A stretch of DNA of 61,443 nucleotides, filler included, from Sphacelaria rigidula (Eukaryota), in the NCBI GenBank assembly GCA_964200075.2. It is 9 parts of 9 records of this genome, joined end to end, with 100 filler letters (N's around TTAATTAATTAA, not from the genome) between each part and the next. Parts side by side here need not be neighbours in the genome. Positions count along the whole stretch, not along the records: positions 6,840 to 13,577 come from CAXNAA020018328.1; positions 13,678 to 20,415 come from CAXNAA020018329.1; positions 20,516 to 27,253 come from CAXNAA020018330.1; 6 more parts are not named here. The stretch is one strand, 5' to 3'. The position numbers and the translations under genes were made by a program. Of the stretch, positions 11,217-22,820 are shown piece after piece. The notes beneath the pieces are model-generated. The model had not been told where the DNA came from. It saw only the letters and a program-made list of their open reading frames with translations, and did not search any database. Numbering within the stretch: position 1 is the stretch's first letter; every line of letters begins with the position of its first letter.

Positions 11217-11722
11217 GTAGGTTGGTTGAGCGCGAATGGCAGCCGCAGAATAAAGGTTGTTGAGGCAATGCTCGTGTGACTGGAGTAAAGGAACGAGCAT
11301 CGCTAAGTCGTAGTTACATTTGTTTCGTAGGTGCTGCAATCGGTGTCACCTTCAGACGCTACAATTTCTATCGTTTTTTTCCCCGCGTGCATGGCGTCCG
11401 ACCACAGCTGCCCGTTTGAAAAGTCCAGAGAAGACCGCTGTCGAGATCTTCGCCACGGTTGCGTCTCGCAGCACACCCTGATGTGTCCCTTGTGTGTTTG
11501 TGGTCTCAGAGTACGCACGTGACATCGTCTCAGCAGGAATGCATTGAAGAGATGCGCTGGAGGGTTTCAGCAGCGCTCGCCAAACGTAGTCAAAATCTTG
11601 GTGTTGATCCACTGCCATCATCAGAAACGAAGAACGGTGGCCCACATACCGTCTTGTGCTACACGACCAGCCGCGTCCTATCTGTGCTTGCATCCCCATG
11701 TTCTACTGCTCTGTGGCCACAG

Positions 11723-11956
11723 ATCCGCGTTATCCAGGACCGCAACAGCTACGGCCGGATTCCAATCGCCGGTCGGCTGCCATTCTCGGAACGGGGATGG
11801 GTAATGGCCGCGTTGGGGGCGAGGGGACTCATTCACCACGCCTACTTGGGTAGATTGTTGGCAGCGTGCGCGTTGCTCAACACGGATGCGCACCTACCGC
11901 CGCAGGTCATGTCCCCGCTCGAAGATCTCGGCAAGGATTCAACCGGAGATTTGTGA
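11723..11956 (+). CDS. FAD-dependent oxidoreductase, exon 4 (terminal)
   Basis: CAG|ATC; IRV...GRIPIAGRL...ALGARGLIHHAYLG, stop TGA. The spliced CDS is 1635 nt (544 aa). Confidence 0.9.
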   Translation: MRVIQDRNSYGRIPIAGRLPFSERGWVMAALGARGLIHHAYLGRLLAACALLNTDAHLPPQVMSPLEDLGKDSTGDL

Positions 11957-12376
11957 TCTGTGGGGTGTATCGTCATTTAGTTTCGATCTGTGATTGTTCC
12001 CATCTCTGGCATAATATGCGATCAGTCAATCATTTGAGTGTTTACAAGTGTCTCCCCCATCACACAGTTGTACCTGTAGTGCTTACGAAGCTTTAGTAGC
12101 AGTGTTGTGGACATCCCCTGAGACATGCATGTAGTTGTAGGTGGAGGCCTAGGCAAGGACGAATATGTGTTGCGGTATGCAAACCCAAACCCTTGAGCGT
12201 AGCAGATCGTGGCTAGCTTAAATGATGCCAGCCAAGCTAGTGTGGGGAGATGGCGCACAAAGATCAAAGTAGATAAGCAGGAAGGACAAGAGGTAACCCC
12301 ATTGTAAGCAATACACCCACCGTAGTACAGTCCATGGTTCCGCCCGTGGAGGTTTGGTGAATTGCATGGATGCAGG

Positions 12377-12530
12377 CTAGTTTTGATCGGGTGGCTGCAA
12401 GAGGGTGCAGGGATCCTTCTTTAATATATCGCTCATAGTATTAGTGGCAGTCCTTGTCAGAGAAGCCCTCAGCATAGACCGCTTCAAGCAGAGCCTCCGC
12501 ACGCGAGTGAGCGCATTAAACCGTTGCTCT
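12377..12530 (-). CDS. Probable terminal exon of an unknown gene convergent with the oxidoreductase
   Basis: TTCTTCAG|A GAG...; EQRFNALTRVRRLCLKRSMLRASLTRTATNTMSDILKKDPCTLLQPPDQN*; phase compatible with a donor at 13159. Confidence 0.45.
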
Positions 12531-13159
12531 CTGAAGAAAATACGAAGGATAAATAAAGTACATGAAAAATTGGTCAATATTTTCTGCGTCAGAGAACCGA
12601 CCCAAAAACACGTGCCGCTACTTGCTCTCGCATGTTGCAGAGCTTCCCAAGGTCGCACCTGAGGCATTTCTCCGAAAAGTGCATCTCCGCGATTTTTATT
12701 CTCAAAACATCACTCTTCAAAACTGCCATATGGGGTAATAGTCGGAGCACACGGCGCTGCCCGTGTCACACGGAGTACAGTAACTCGCCATCGATCAGAA
12801 TGCATCATCCAATCTGAACCCGCTTGCCGCCGCGCCCATGCTCGTCGTGGCACATTCAACTTGAGTCGATACGACAAGTTTTGATAATGGTCATACATGA
12901 GGGAGCGGGCACACAGCACACAGCCTTCTGACATGACTGCGCATTGAGCTATTCGCTGCTTCTTGATTGACACTTGTATAGCACAGTAACACTCAAATGC
13001 ACCCTGTAGCATAACGCTGCAATCGGACCACAGCTAACTACCGAATAATGAATATTTCCTTACGAATACAAAACGTACACCGCCACAAAGCGCGCGAAGC
13101 AAAATCGCGATCAACTCGAGTAACTCTCGTCGTCCTCCCCTACCCACACATCACCATAC

Positions 13160-13577
13160 TGCTCACGATCGCTTGTCTCAAACTCTGCCCTCCTGCCTTC
13201 CCAACGCTCTCCAGTCCTTGAACGCCCATCTTGTTGCTCCCAACCTCCGTCGCCGCCACCCGGCCTGCGCCGCCTGCGATGAAGACCTCCCTCATCGCCA
13301 CGCATCCGCGACGACGGAATTATATCCGCGTCAAGTGCTCTCCTCATGCCTCGCGTCTTCAACAGTGCACCGTCATTGCCGTAGTCGTGGTTCTTGCCGT
13401 CGCCGTCAAATAAGTCATCGTTGTCGCTGTTGTCGCCGCTGTTACGGTCGGCTGGGCTCCAACGCCTTTTGTACTTCCCGGAGCTGACGCTGCTTGTAGA
13501 TCTTTGCGTCCGTCTGGTGAAAACTGAGGATGACGTCAGGGGGGGGGGGGGGGAGGAGATGAAGGTGGGGCGGAAAA
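13160..13577 (-). CDS. Probable low-complexity (S/D/G/R-rich) exon of the same unknown gene
   Basis: Frame open from the poly-G near the contig end: ...SSGKYKRRWSPADRNSGDNSDNDDLFDGDG...TSDREQ; candidate phase-2 donor CA|GTATGG. Confidence 0.5.
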
Positions 13578-14235
13578 NNNNNNNNNNNNNNNNNNNNNNN
13601 NNNNNNNNNNNNNNNNNNNNNTTAATTAATTAANNNNNNNNNNNNNNNNNNNNNNNNNNNNNNNNNNNNNNNNNNNNGGGGGAGAGCGGAGCCCCCCCCC
13701 CCCCCGCGGAAGAGTACCCCGCCCCCCGCTTTCGCGCCCCCAGGGGGGGGGGGGGGGGGGGGGGTACCTCTTGTTTCTCCAAATTTATCATAGCTCAAAA
13801 TTTCGACTTTGCTCATCTACAAGTGTACAATACGAGTAGCCCAAAAGGTGGCGACAACCCTTTCTGGGGCGTTGAATTTCCTACGTGGACCTGCCGTCTG
13901 ATGTGAATCAAGTACCTGAAGCTGCGCTTTAACTGGAAATTAATCGCTGCGCGCCACGAGGTGCGCGTTGTAAACCCGGTCATTCTCAGCGTTTCGGTAC
14001 AGCATTCTAAAATGTGACACGAGTGGCGGAAAGTTGCAGTAAATACGCCCATCCAACCACGCCGTACTATGAGTGAAAGAAAGCGGAAACGGACCATGGC
14101 GAATTTGAGTCATTTGGCATTCTTGAAACGAATAGCATGCTGCATGCTGGTCACCCATGCATGGATAAGACGATCCCAAAAAAACCACCTATGGAACACC
14201 TGCTTTCGGTCGAGCAATGCGCGGCCAAACACAAG

Positions 14236-14666
14236 TTTTGTTCAGGAAGCGAACAGTGTACCCATTGAACCAGTGAGCGCTCACTGGTTCAATGGGTAAA
14301 CTGTTCGCTTCCTGAACAAAATATATGCTGTGTGGTTCGTCCCGGCATGACACTTCAGTGATCTCCGGGGCTTCCCGGCCCTCGCAAGCCTCACTGTCCA
14401 CATTTCAAATTCCACCAACAATCGATCGTCTGGAGTCTCGAACCCCCGACCTCTTGTTCCACAAGCGGGTATTCGACCATTGAGCGACGAGTGAGCGGAA
14501 ATGTAGACAGTGAGGTTTGCGAGGAGCAGGAAGCCCCGGATATCACTGAAGTGTCATATCGGGACGGACCAAACAGCATATATTTTGTTCAGGAAGCGAA
14601 CAGTTTACCCATTGAACTAGTGAGCGCTCACTGTTTCAATGGGTGAACTTTTCGCTTCCTGAACAA
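14236..14666. mobile_element. Nested fold-back element with palindromic termini and tRNA-like core
   Basis: Palindromes 14236-14321 and 14583-14666 (centre GTGAGCGCTCAC); inner inverted arms 14322-14406 and 14498-14582; loop 14407-14497 with A/B-box-like motifs on the minus strand. Confidence 0.8.
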
Positions 14667-16978
14667 GTTGGTACGAATACTATTCCGAAAAATCTGGCAC
14701 AAGGCATGTTCATCCCCATATTAACTTTTTACCTCTTTATTTGGAGAATAGGATGCCTCGCATTCCTTTAATCTGTACACAAAGAGAGCCTCTGAAAACT
14801 ATAAGGTCACATGAAATTTAGTGCCAAACATAGTCAACTACAGTGTACTATTTAGAACGAAAGAGGGGGAGGGTAATTAGCGAATTTTCACACATCAGCT
14901 ACGCCCTGTGATTGGTCGGTACAATACCACCCCTGGAAAATACTATCGTATGTGCGAGCCAATCTGCGCGAATAGGCTGCCACACCGTTTAAAGGGGAAC
15001 ACACGTAGCACATGCAGCACATTTAGCACCCACAGGAGCACATGCAAATGTGTGATGCACTACCCAATATAACCGAGCGTGAACCCAGGGCCTCACCACC
15101 CTCGGCTGTAGAAAAAAGTACCGCTCGAATCATAGCTGTTGGCCAGCTGGGTACAGTGTGCGTGGCTTTGGTCAAGTCAACTTGAAATGACGTGAAGAAC
15201 AATATTTAGTCACTGTGTCAGACGAACGCCTAAATACCCGCAGAAACGGGTCAGCAACGGCAGTATTGGTCGTAAAATGTCACGCACACGGTTGACGTTC
15301 TTCTAGTACTGGACGAATTTCTGTTCAGCAAGGGCTAGCGCTGAAGCTAGTGCGTGTGTGTGTTGGACTTCCTCGTCGCGTCATTCCTGTACCAGCAGAG
15401 ATGTAGACACCGACCTCGAATCTGACTATTATTAGGGTCTGGACAAAAAATGCGTTACTAATAACATTTAAACGTGGTCGTTGACATGAATTTGAATGCA
15501 AGATGATCGAGCAAACTGATTTTTGATTCTGAGAAGATGCGCCCTTCCCACGAAACATATTTTTTACTTCCAGATAATGGATGTAGCGTATCATGACCGA
15601 GACATGAACCTCCAGGAGCACAGCACGCCGCATCCACTACTTGAAGGTACGAATACTGAAAGGATGTGCTATAGTGCGGGCTATGCCTCTCGTTCTTTTC
15701 TTCAGCAGCACGTTGACGCGCTTTCAACAACTGAACGATTGTCGTGCGGTATTTTTTTAACACAGTCCCTGTCAGTCACGTGGCTGTGGGAACTTGTCCA
15801 TAGGAATACTGTACTGAACAAATATCTTCGCCGGTCAATCAGTTGCGGCTTCTCGAAATAGTATCGCCGTCGCAGCAACGATATAATTCAGTGTTTCCGA
15901 GTCACACCTTCTTGATGCCAAGGGCGGTTGTACGTTCACCTTATAGAAAAATATTTAGTTTCATGAACCGAGTACTGCCTAGGCACCGACATATCATAAA
16001 TCATACACGCAACCCAGCATCTGCGTGTTCAACCCGCAACAAATCGTCATTTTACCCACATATACCGAAAAAGGAAGAAACGGATGCACGAGAGTGCCTT
16101 AAATCATCACAAGTGAGGGTTTTCATTTCGAAAATATGGTGCTGTTTCGTTCACATGTGTATTCATGCTTCACAACAGGTAAACCACCTTACCCCAAACT
16201 CTCTCGGTATGTATATAGCTAGCCTATAGCTAGCCCTATCCGGAAGCCTGCACCCATAACCCCGTGGGGCGAGTGGGCAGGGTGTACATCTGTCGCTGAC
16301 TGCCCTGTGCTGTACTTTTGTTCCTGCAGGTTCAATATTCCACATGGTCAATGTGCATTGGTAGAGAGTACATCCATGATATTGCGTTGGCAGGAATAAC
16401 ATCCAAGATATGTGCCTTGGTAGAGAACGCACGTGGGTCAGACGGCGTTGGTGGAAAGTGAACTGCGGTGAAAGGGGAGAAGGGGGGGTACTCACGACTA
16501 TGCATGCCATAGTCAAAAGACCACTGACCTCGCATCCTCACAAAGCAGGGGGGGAGGGGGGGTACTTAGTTTTTGATTCGCTCATCATTTGACTATTCAC
16601 CACGGACCCTTTTCGAGGAGGAGCACCGTTCCTAGACTCAACAGAGATACCTCCAACATTTGGGTGCATATTGCGCTTATTACAAACATTACACAAAAAA
16701 CTCTTACATATCTTACCCCCGTCCGGTTTCGCCGTCTGTAGCCGGTAAAGGAAGAGGGGACTCAGAAATCGCTGTGCTATTATGTGTGTCTGTCATGATC
16801 CAAGAGTGTGCATCGACATTTCTGTGCACCCGGGTGAAGCCATAGATGTACCCCGTGAACGTGGTTTCGGATGCATCACACAAACACAAACGTGCTCTGA
16901 AGCCAAGCCCAGCTGCGCCATTTCTACGACACCTTGGATACATGATGCAAATCCAACGTAAAATTAACGCCCACTGAC

Positions 16979-17058
16979 CTGCCGCTCCTTGCAAGACCAC
17001 TTATAGCTTTGTTGTACACCATGTTATTCATTTCCACCCCACCACTCCTCGCAGAGTC
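16979..17058 (-). CDS. PPR protein, exon 2
   Basis: CAG|GAC...AG|GTCAGT; DSARSGGVEMNNMVYNKAISGLARSG(R) fits the PPR consensus (YNxxIxxLARxG). Confidence 0.8.
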
Positions 17059-17179
17059 CTGTTGAATCACGTGGAGAAAGGCAAGCCATCAGAAAATAGG
17101 TATTCTGCAGGCAAACATACGGGTGTTCACACAGCGCATGTGGTTCCATCATTGAAGATCATCGGGTAACCAGATTTAT

Positions 17180-19580
17180 TTTGCAGCCCACGACGGGCAG
17201 CGTACACCGACACCAAAAAAAGCACGCTAGAGAGTCTGGAGGACCGTGTCGCCCACGACCATTACCAGATTCTGCTCAAAACCGTCTACAATTGCCTCCT
17301 GATGACTCATTGTACAGTGCGATATTGAATAAATTAGATGCAGAGATGATTCTGGCGGTTTATTTAATGTACAGTGGCCATGGTGATGGAATTTGGACAC
17401 CACGCCAGGAAGCTCTGTCCTCATGAGGGTTGCCCCTCGACAATTGAGCACATGTGGTGCGCGGAGTACTCATCGATCGGCTGGGCGCTGTCTGTCGATG
17501 CAATGCTCACTCTTTGCGGAACCTTCGTTTGGCCTCAACACATCAATTTCCAGTGCATGCAGTCGCCTTCATCTCACTGGAGCGTGGATCTGGGCGGTGA
17601 TCAACAGTCGAGGACACGAGCCTTCTAGGGATATAGTCATCTTCTCCCGCCGTGCACTGTACGGAGAAATCTCACGATGTTGCCGACGAATGGCTACAGT
17701 CTGTTTCCAATAAAATCCAACCCCAAACCAAGACAACGACCTGAACCGCGCATTGCATCTTGAGGCAGCCACCGCTCAGCTACCAAGTGTAGTTTGCTCC
17801 TACAAAATGAAGCGGCGATCCAGAGCGGCATTGACAGGTGAGGTCATGGATGTTCCAGTTATACCATCGATCAGCATTCTCCCCCATTCTGCGTTGGGCA
17901 CGCAATCCCTGATCAAGCAAATCCATGCTGCAAATGATGGGAACTCCAACTGCCTGGCTCCTTGGAACCAAGAGTTCTGGCGCGTGTTCAACAGCTTGCA
18001 GTCAACCCCCTCGGTAGTAGGTGCTACGGGCGGACCCTAGACTCTAGCTGGACTACTGGACCCGCGTGGAAAGGAAGTGCTACAGTTGAATATTATACAG
18101 TCAGGGATTGGGGACCTCCGAATGCACAGTATAGCATGTTGTTTTGATGTTGTCGTTGAGGGCAGTGCTCGAAAACAAAGGGGAGCTACTCAGCACTAGC
18201 GTTGCGATTTCTAACTTGGAGAGCCAGTCGCAAAAACGTTCCGCAATTAGTTCTGGAGCACAAGGCGTTCATCACGGAGTCGCATGGGCGATATAGAATA
18301 TGAGAATCTTCGTTCCAGCACCAACACCGTTGTAAAAAATTGCAGACCGTGGAGACAATGGCAATACTTCGTTCGTAACGAAGCTATATCTGGTGAAGCG
18401 AGGCTTCGTCCAAATGAAGCCGAAAAAAGGCTCGTGCCACCTCACAACACAAACCGCAGTACAAAACAACTCGCTGCTGTCGAGCTCTCGGCTTTGAATA
18501 CTGAATTGTACAACATCAAATGAAACTTGAAAATGGTGGATCACATCGTAAGCCCGCTACCGTGGCAGCCCGTTGAAACTACTGGCAGTAACGCTACATT
18601 GCCTTCCTTCATCAGAAGGAAGGCGGATAGTGTGGGAGCGCACTATTCCAACGGTCAGCCTATTTACCCAATTTTCAGGCATCGAGACTGAGTCGACACC
18701 AGCATGTTCTGCTCATGACAAGTATTACCCACCGCCCTAAACCTTCGGCACTAGACCCCCCCAAGATGACCTTACGTGGACCTGCGGAAAAGGATGAAAT
18801 ACAAGTACTTCGGTTCAACAGCATGGCATATATCAGAGGTTGGGGGTCACAGAACACACCGCATATTGTAGTAAGGGGTGGATGGTGGACGCGAACAAAG
18901 GGCTGCTGAGCTATAGCGCTGGGGTAACCGATGTTGAAGGTTGGCCGGTGATACTGTTCCGAAAAGAGGCCTGACACCCAATCCGTTAATTCATTGAAAG
19001 TAGAAGTTGCCTACGTCTACATGAAGAAAGGGGGTACATACGCATATCCGTAGACTCGCTCGCAGCTGCTTGTTCGCAATACAAGTATGAAAAACCAAGA
19101 ACCAGATCTCCGCTCTTGAAGAAACACAACGCTGCACAATTGAGCGATCGCTATGCGGGCCTTGGGTTTTTTTACTGCACGAAACTTCGTGGGTCCAACA
19201 ACACTATGTGAAGAAATGCGACGGGAGAGCAACATCATACGACCGCAAGTGTAGCACAGACCGAAATTGTAGATATAACGTTGACGGACAAGAGGATGGA
19301 CGGGTGACCTCGACAGACTTGGGACTACAGTAGTAGTAGATGACACAACGATAAACAGTACCGAACTTTGGCGCAGGTTCACTACAAGTGTACAGTTGAA
19401 CATCAATATGCCGTATGTGAACGCACACCAATGGGACGGTATTCCATCTCGTTCGACGGTGACCATGACACCGCGCTGCGCAGCTCTAGACAGAGTGCGA
19501 ACCTGGTTAACTGATCACAGGAGGCGCCTTGGAGCACGCACGGTAAAGTATCTGATGTTATAATAGTTGAACTCAAACAT
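17180..19580 (+). pseudogene. Decayed hAT-like transposase inside PPR intron 1 (antisense)
   Basis: Broken frames give LAGLLDPRGK (~18045-18075; cf. hAT LDPRxK) and LTDHRRRLGARTVKYLML**LNSN (~19507-19580; cf. hAT C-terminal dimerisation domain). Boundaries are approximate. Confidence 0.5.
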
Positions 19581-19656
19581 GATCACTCCACTGGCGCCAA
19601 CAGGTGCAACCCCCACTCGTTCAACCGATGGAATGAACTAGTTGCACACCTCTCAC

Positions 19657-20127
19657 CAATGCTGTCAATAGCCCACGCCAGTCTCCCCTCTCCTCGAGCG
19701 TGATCAGTCTGTGTATCAAACCTCGCTGCTGCAACTGTACCCCTGTGAGCCCCTTTGGTTGCCTTGTTAGCTTTTTGCCCCTCTCCCCTGTTCCCTTTCC
19801 GTCGCCAGCATGTGAAACATGCACCACCCTCGGCTCATGATCACCAACATCTCCGCCATTACCCTCAACAGCACCATTGTCACCGTTGCCCAACAAATTC
19901 TCTGCTGCCAATCTCCCTTCACCATAAAGAGGGGCCACAGCAATGCAGCGCTGTCTAGCCTCATTACACACACTTCCACACAACCCGACTATTGCTGACG
20001 CTACTGGTGTTGAGGTTGGTGCTGCTGGGAATTGGTATACAACCGAAGGTCTTCGCCTGACACAGCCTGCCGCATAAACTGCTGGTTTGGGCGCTGCATA
20101 ATGGTGAAGGGGTGTTCGCGAGCGCAT
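19657..20127 (-). CDS. Pentatricopeptide repeat (PPR) protein, probable exon 1
   Basis: ATG-initiated 157 codons ending LEERGDWRGLLTAL; donor TTG|GTGAGA in phase 0, in frame with the PPR exon at 16979-17058. Confidence 0.7.
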
Positions 20128-20515
20128 GGAAGCCGCGTGGTGAACGTGTGTGTCTACTCTCCTTCATGCACTACTTAGTGATCAAGGTTTCACAGTAATC
20201 CACCCATATTAACTTGGGGACAAACGAGGCGCGGCAGTGCGACCGACGGTCCCTGGTTGATACAGGAGACACGTTCTTATGTTTGTTGACTCTCAATCTT
20301 GCTTTCGGTGGGAGGGGGGGGGGTATGAAGCCACACTTATATTATTATTATTATTATTTACGCACATTAGTCCGATCTTGCGAACCCGTGGTCACAGACG
20401 TAGGCTCGCCTTTCCNNNNNNNNNNNNNNNNNNNNNNNNNNNNNNNNNNNNNNNNNNNNTTAATTAATTAANNNNNNNNNNNNNNNNNNNNNNNNNNNNN
20501 NNNNNNNNNNNNNNN

Positions 20516-20569
<54 letters not shown>

Positions 20570-20572
20570 TAA
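20516..20572. repeat. (AAT)n microsatellite
   Basis: Directly visible at the contig start. Confidence 0.95.
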
Positions 20573-21307
20573 TACTTGGATCCTATTTTCCGGTCATTCG
20601 AAGAGGTTTCTTCATGAGTGCGCTGTATTTCTGTGCCTACCGTGATGTGCACGCGTCGAGCAGAGCCAAGCTGTGGGCGGCAGCCCAGAATCAGTCGGGA
20701 GAGCTGAAGATCCAAGTACCGCCCAAGTACGACAGCGCTCCCGCTTTTCCAGAAGGCAAGGCATGGATGCTTGGGGTGTGTCATGACAGCGCGAGTTACC
20801 CTTGAGCAGAAATGCTTCGGCAGGTCGGCAGAAGTGGGGTGTAAACGTTTCACCGCGTATGTTGAGCGTGTACTCATGATATTGTCAGAAGGCAGATTTA
20901 GCGTCGAGGGGGTGCGACATTCGCCCACGGTTGTTTGTTTCGCCTTCCCTTTCCCGAGTTACCTTGAGCGAGTGTATCTGTTTTGTGTCCCTTGGGTACG
21001 TCCATCTTGTGGATCATAACCATGCCTTGATTCCTTGGAGGCCAGTGAGTGTGCGGTGATTAGTGAATCGATAAAATGATTAGCTCTGGAGTACATAGTT
21101 TAGGTATACCTTTCTTGTGCACATGTGACGTGGTTGTTGGATGGATGGTGTTCGTGGTCGTGGTGGAATAGGTGTTGTCGCTGCTGTTGTATTTTGTCAT
21201 GGTTCCTGTCCGCTGCTACAGTAGTTGCTGCTGCCTTTGCTGCTGCTTTGCTGTCGCTGGTGCTTCGGCTGTTCACCCCTGGTGCTGTTGGTGATTACGA
21301 TATTGTG

Positions 21308-21652
21308 ATGTTTGATGCGGCAGATCTGCCCGAGACTGCGCCTCCGGCAGCGAAGAGGCGACGACAAGAGACAGTTCGGCTGATCGTCAAGGCTAGTGAG
21401 ATGGAGGAACATATACAGGCGAGGAGGAGGCTGGGGTCAGTGGATATGGGGGTGAGTTACGACGCTGCGGTTCTGTTCCATCGCACCATTCTTGACAGAT
21501 TTGTGAACGATCACCATACTCCGACTATCGCACTGCTCGTTCATCTTCCATTGCGTGCTGTCGGAGGTGGGGACGAACACATCTATGCTCATTTTCCGTT
21601 GTATAACGTCGAATGGCAGGATTTTTTACCGACGTGCTCCGATGACCCCACG
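21308..21652 (+). CDS. Unknown protein, exon 1 (start uncertain), with NLS-like PPAAKRRR
   Basis: Within ORF 21125-21745; ATG at 21308; donor ACG|GTATGG in phase 0. Confidence 0.6.
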
Positions 21653-21802
21653 GTATGGTCCTGTTTGGTCGCATTTTTTTTCACGCTAAATGATCCCTGT
21701 CCGGTGGGTCGTGCGATACGATCATGCCGCCGCGCGCCATTGTAGAACACATAACCCAGTCAGGACAGTATTTCCCGTTCTTCTGCCAGTATTAACCGAC
21801 AG

Positions 21803-22034
21803 TCGCCGAGGTCAGAAATGTATCCCACTCCATGGGCACATTCCCCATATGTAGTGTTCTATTTCCGTCTTGATGATGTCAAATACCACCCCACATGCCT
21901 TTACACCCCCGTCAATTCTCCGTCGCGCGCTCAGCCACCGCGGACGCCCTCACTGCCGCAGTCTCCGGAGGTTAGCGCTTCACCCTCCAATACGCTACCG
22001 AGATCCCCGTCAATGTTTCTTGACTCTCCAAACG
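21803..22034 (+). CDS. Unknown protein, exon 2 (Ser/Pro-rich)
   Basis: Branch-like ATTAAC then GACAG|TCG; donor AACG|GTAAGT in phase 1. Confidence 0.65.
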
Positions 22035-22221
22035 GTAAGTATTCATTGTCCCGTTTCGATTTTTTCATCTGTCTTTTATGTTCCAAGTACAACGGAGAGC
22101 CTACATTATACGATAGTGCAGCGATATGGCACCATTGAACGGATATGCAGCAGTATTTATTCATTCCTAGAGTCATACAACCTTTTTTTGCACCGCTCGA
22201 ATATGTCCCCGCTGATGACAG

Positions 22222-22385
22222 CTAAGCCAACAGCGGGAGGAGGCGGTGGGGGGGCGCATGGTCGTGATGATTTTGACTTCGATGACGATGACGATGACGA
22301 TGATGCGGGGGAGGTGAAAAGCGCACAAGTGGAGAAGCGACGGAAGATACGGAGGGAAGCCCATGCTCGCGTGCTGTGTGTCGAG
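22222..22385 (+). CDS. Unknown protein, exon 3 (Gly/Asp tract then basic KRRKIRR)
   Basis: GACAG|CT AAG...GAG|GTGATT; phases match both neighbours. Confidence 0.65.
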
Positions 22386-22463
22386 GTGATTTCAGAAGTA
22401 GGGGGCCACCTTCGGATCTTTACTGAGCACAATTTTCCACTGTGTTGTTTTCTGTAGCCGGTC

Positions 22464-22820
22464 GCCCCGGTGGCTCGGTTGGTAATCTCGAAACCTTCTG
22501 ACGGTCAGGTCGTGGGTTCGAATCTCGGTGCAGTCACACGATCTGTTCTTTTTCCCTCACATGATGACCAACAGTGGAAAGCGACTACGTCCTGGGCACA
22601 CAGAATTCGACTTAACGGTCGACGAGGGAAAGGGACTGCTGAACCCCTCTCGCGATTAAAAATAAGGCAAGCATCGCAGAAGGAAGGTGGACAGCTGAAG
22701 AAAATTGAAGGAAAAAAAAAACTGTTTTGGCCTTCCTCTCATGTGACCCCGGCTAATGTGCCCATATATACCGAAAAAGGTGTAGACTGGCGTCCAGAAT
22801 ATATGGAATGACAACACACA
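22464..22820 (+). mobile_element. tRNA-derived SINE
   Basis: A box TGGCTCGGTTGG (22471-22482) and B box GGTTCGAATCT (22515-22525); no intact cloverleaf; 3' end approximate. Confidence 0.7.

Noticed and set aside
22464..22535. Functional tRNA gene (likewise 14421-14492, ~45980-46050 and ~54430-54495)
   Set aside because: A/B-box-like motifs are present, but acceptor and anticodon stems do not pair; these are SINE-type heads.
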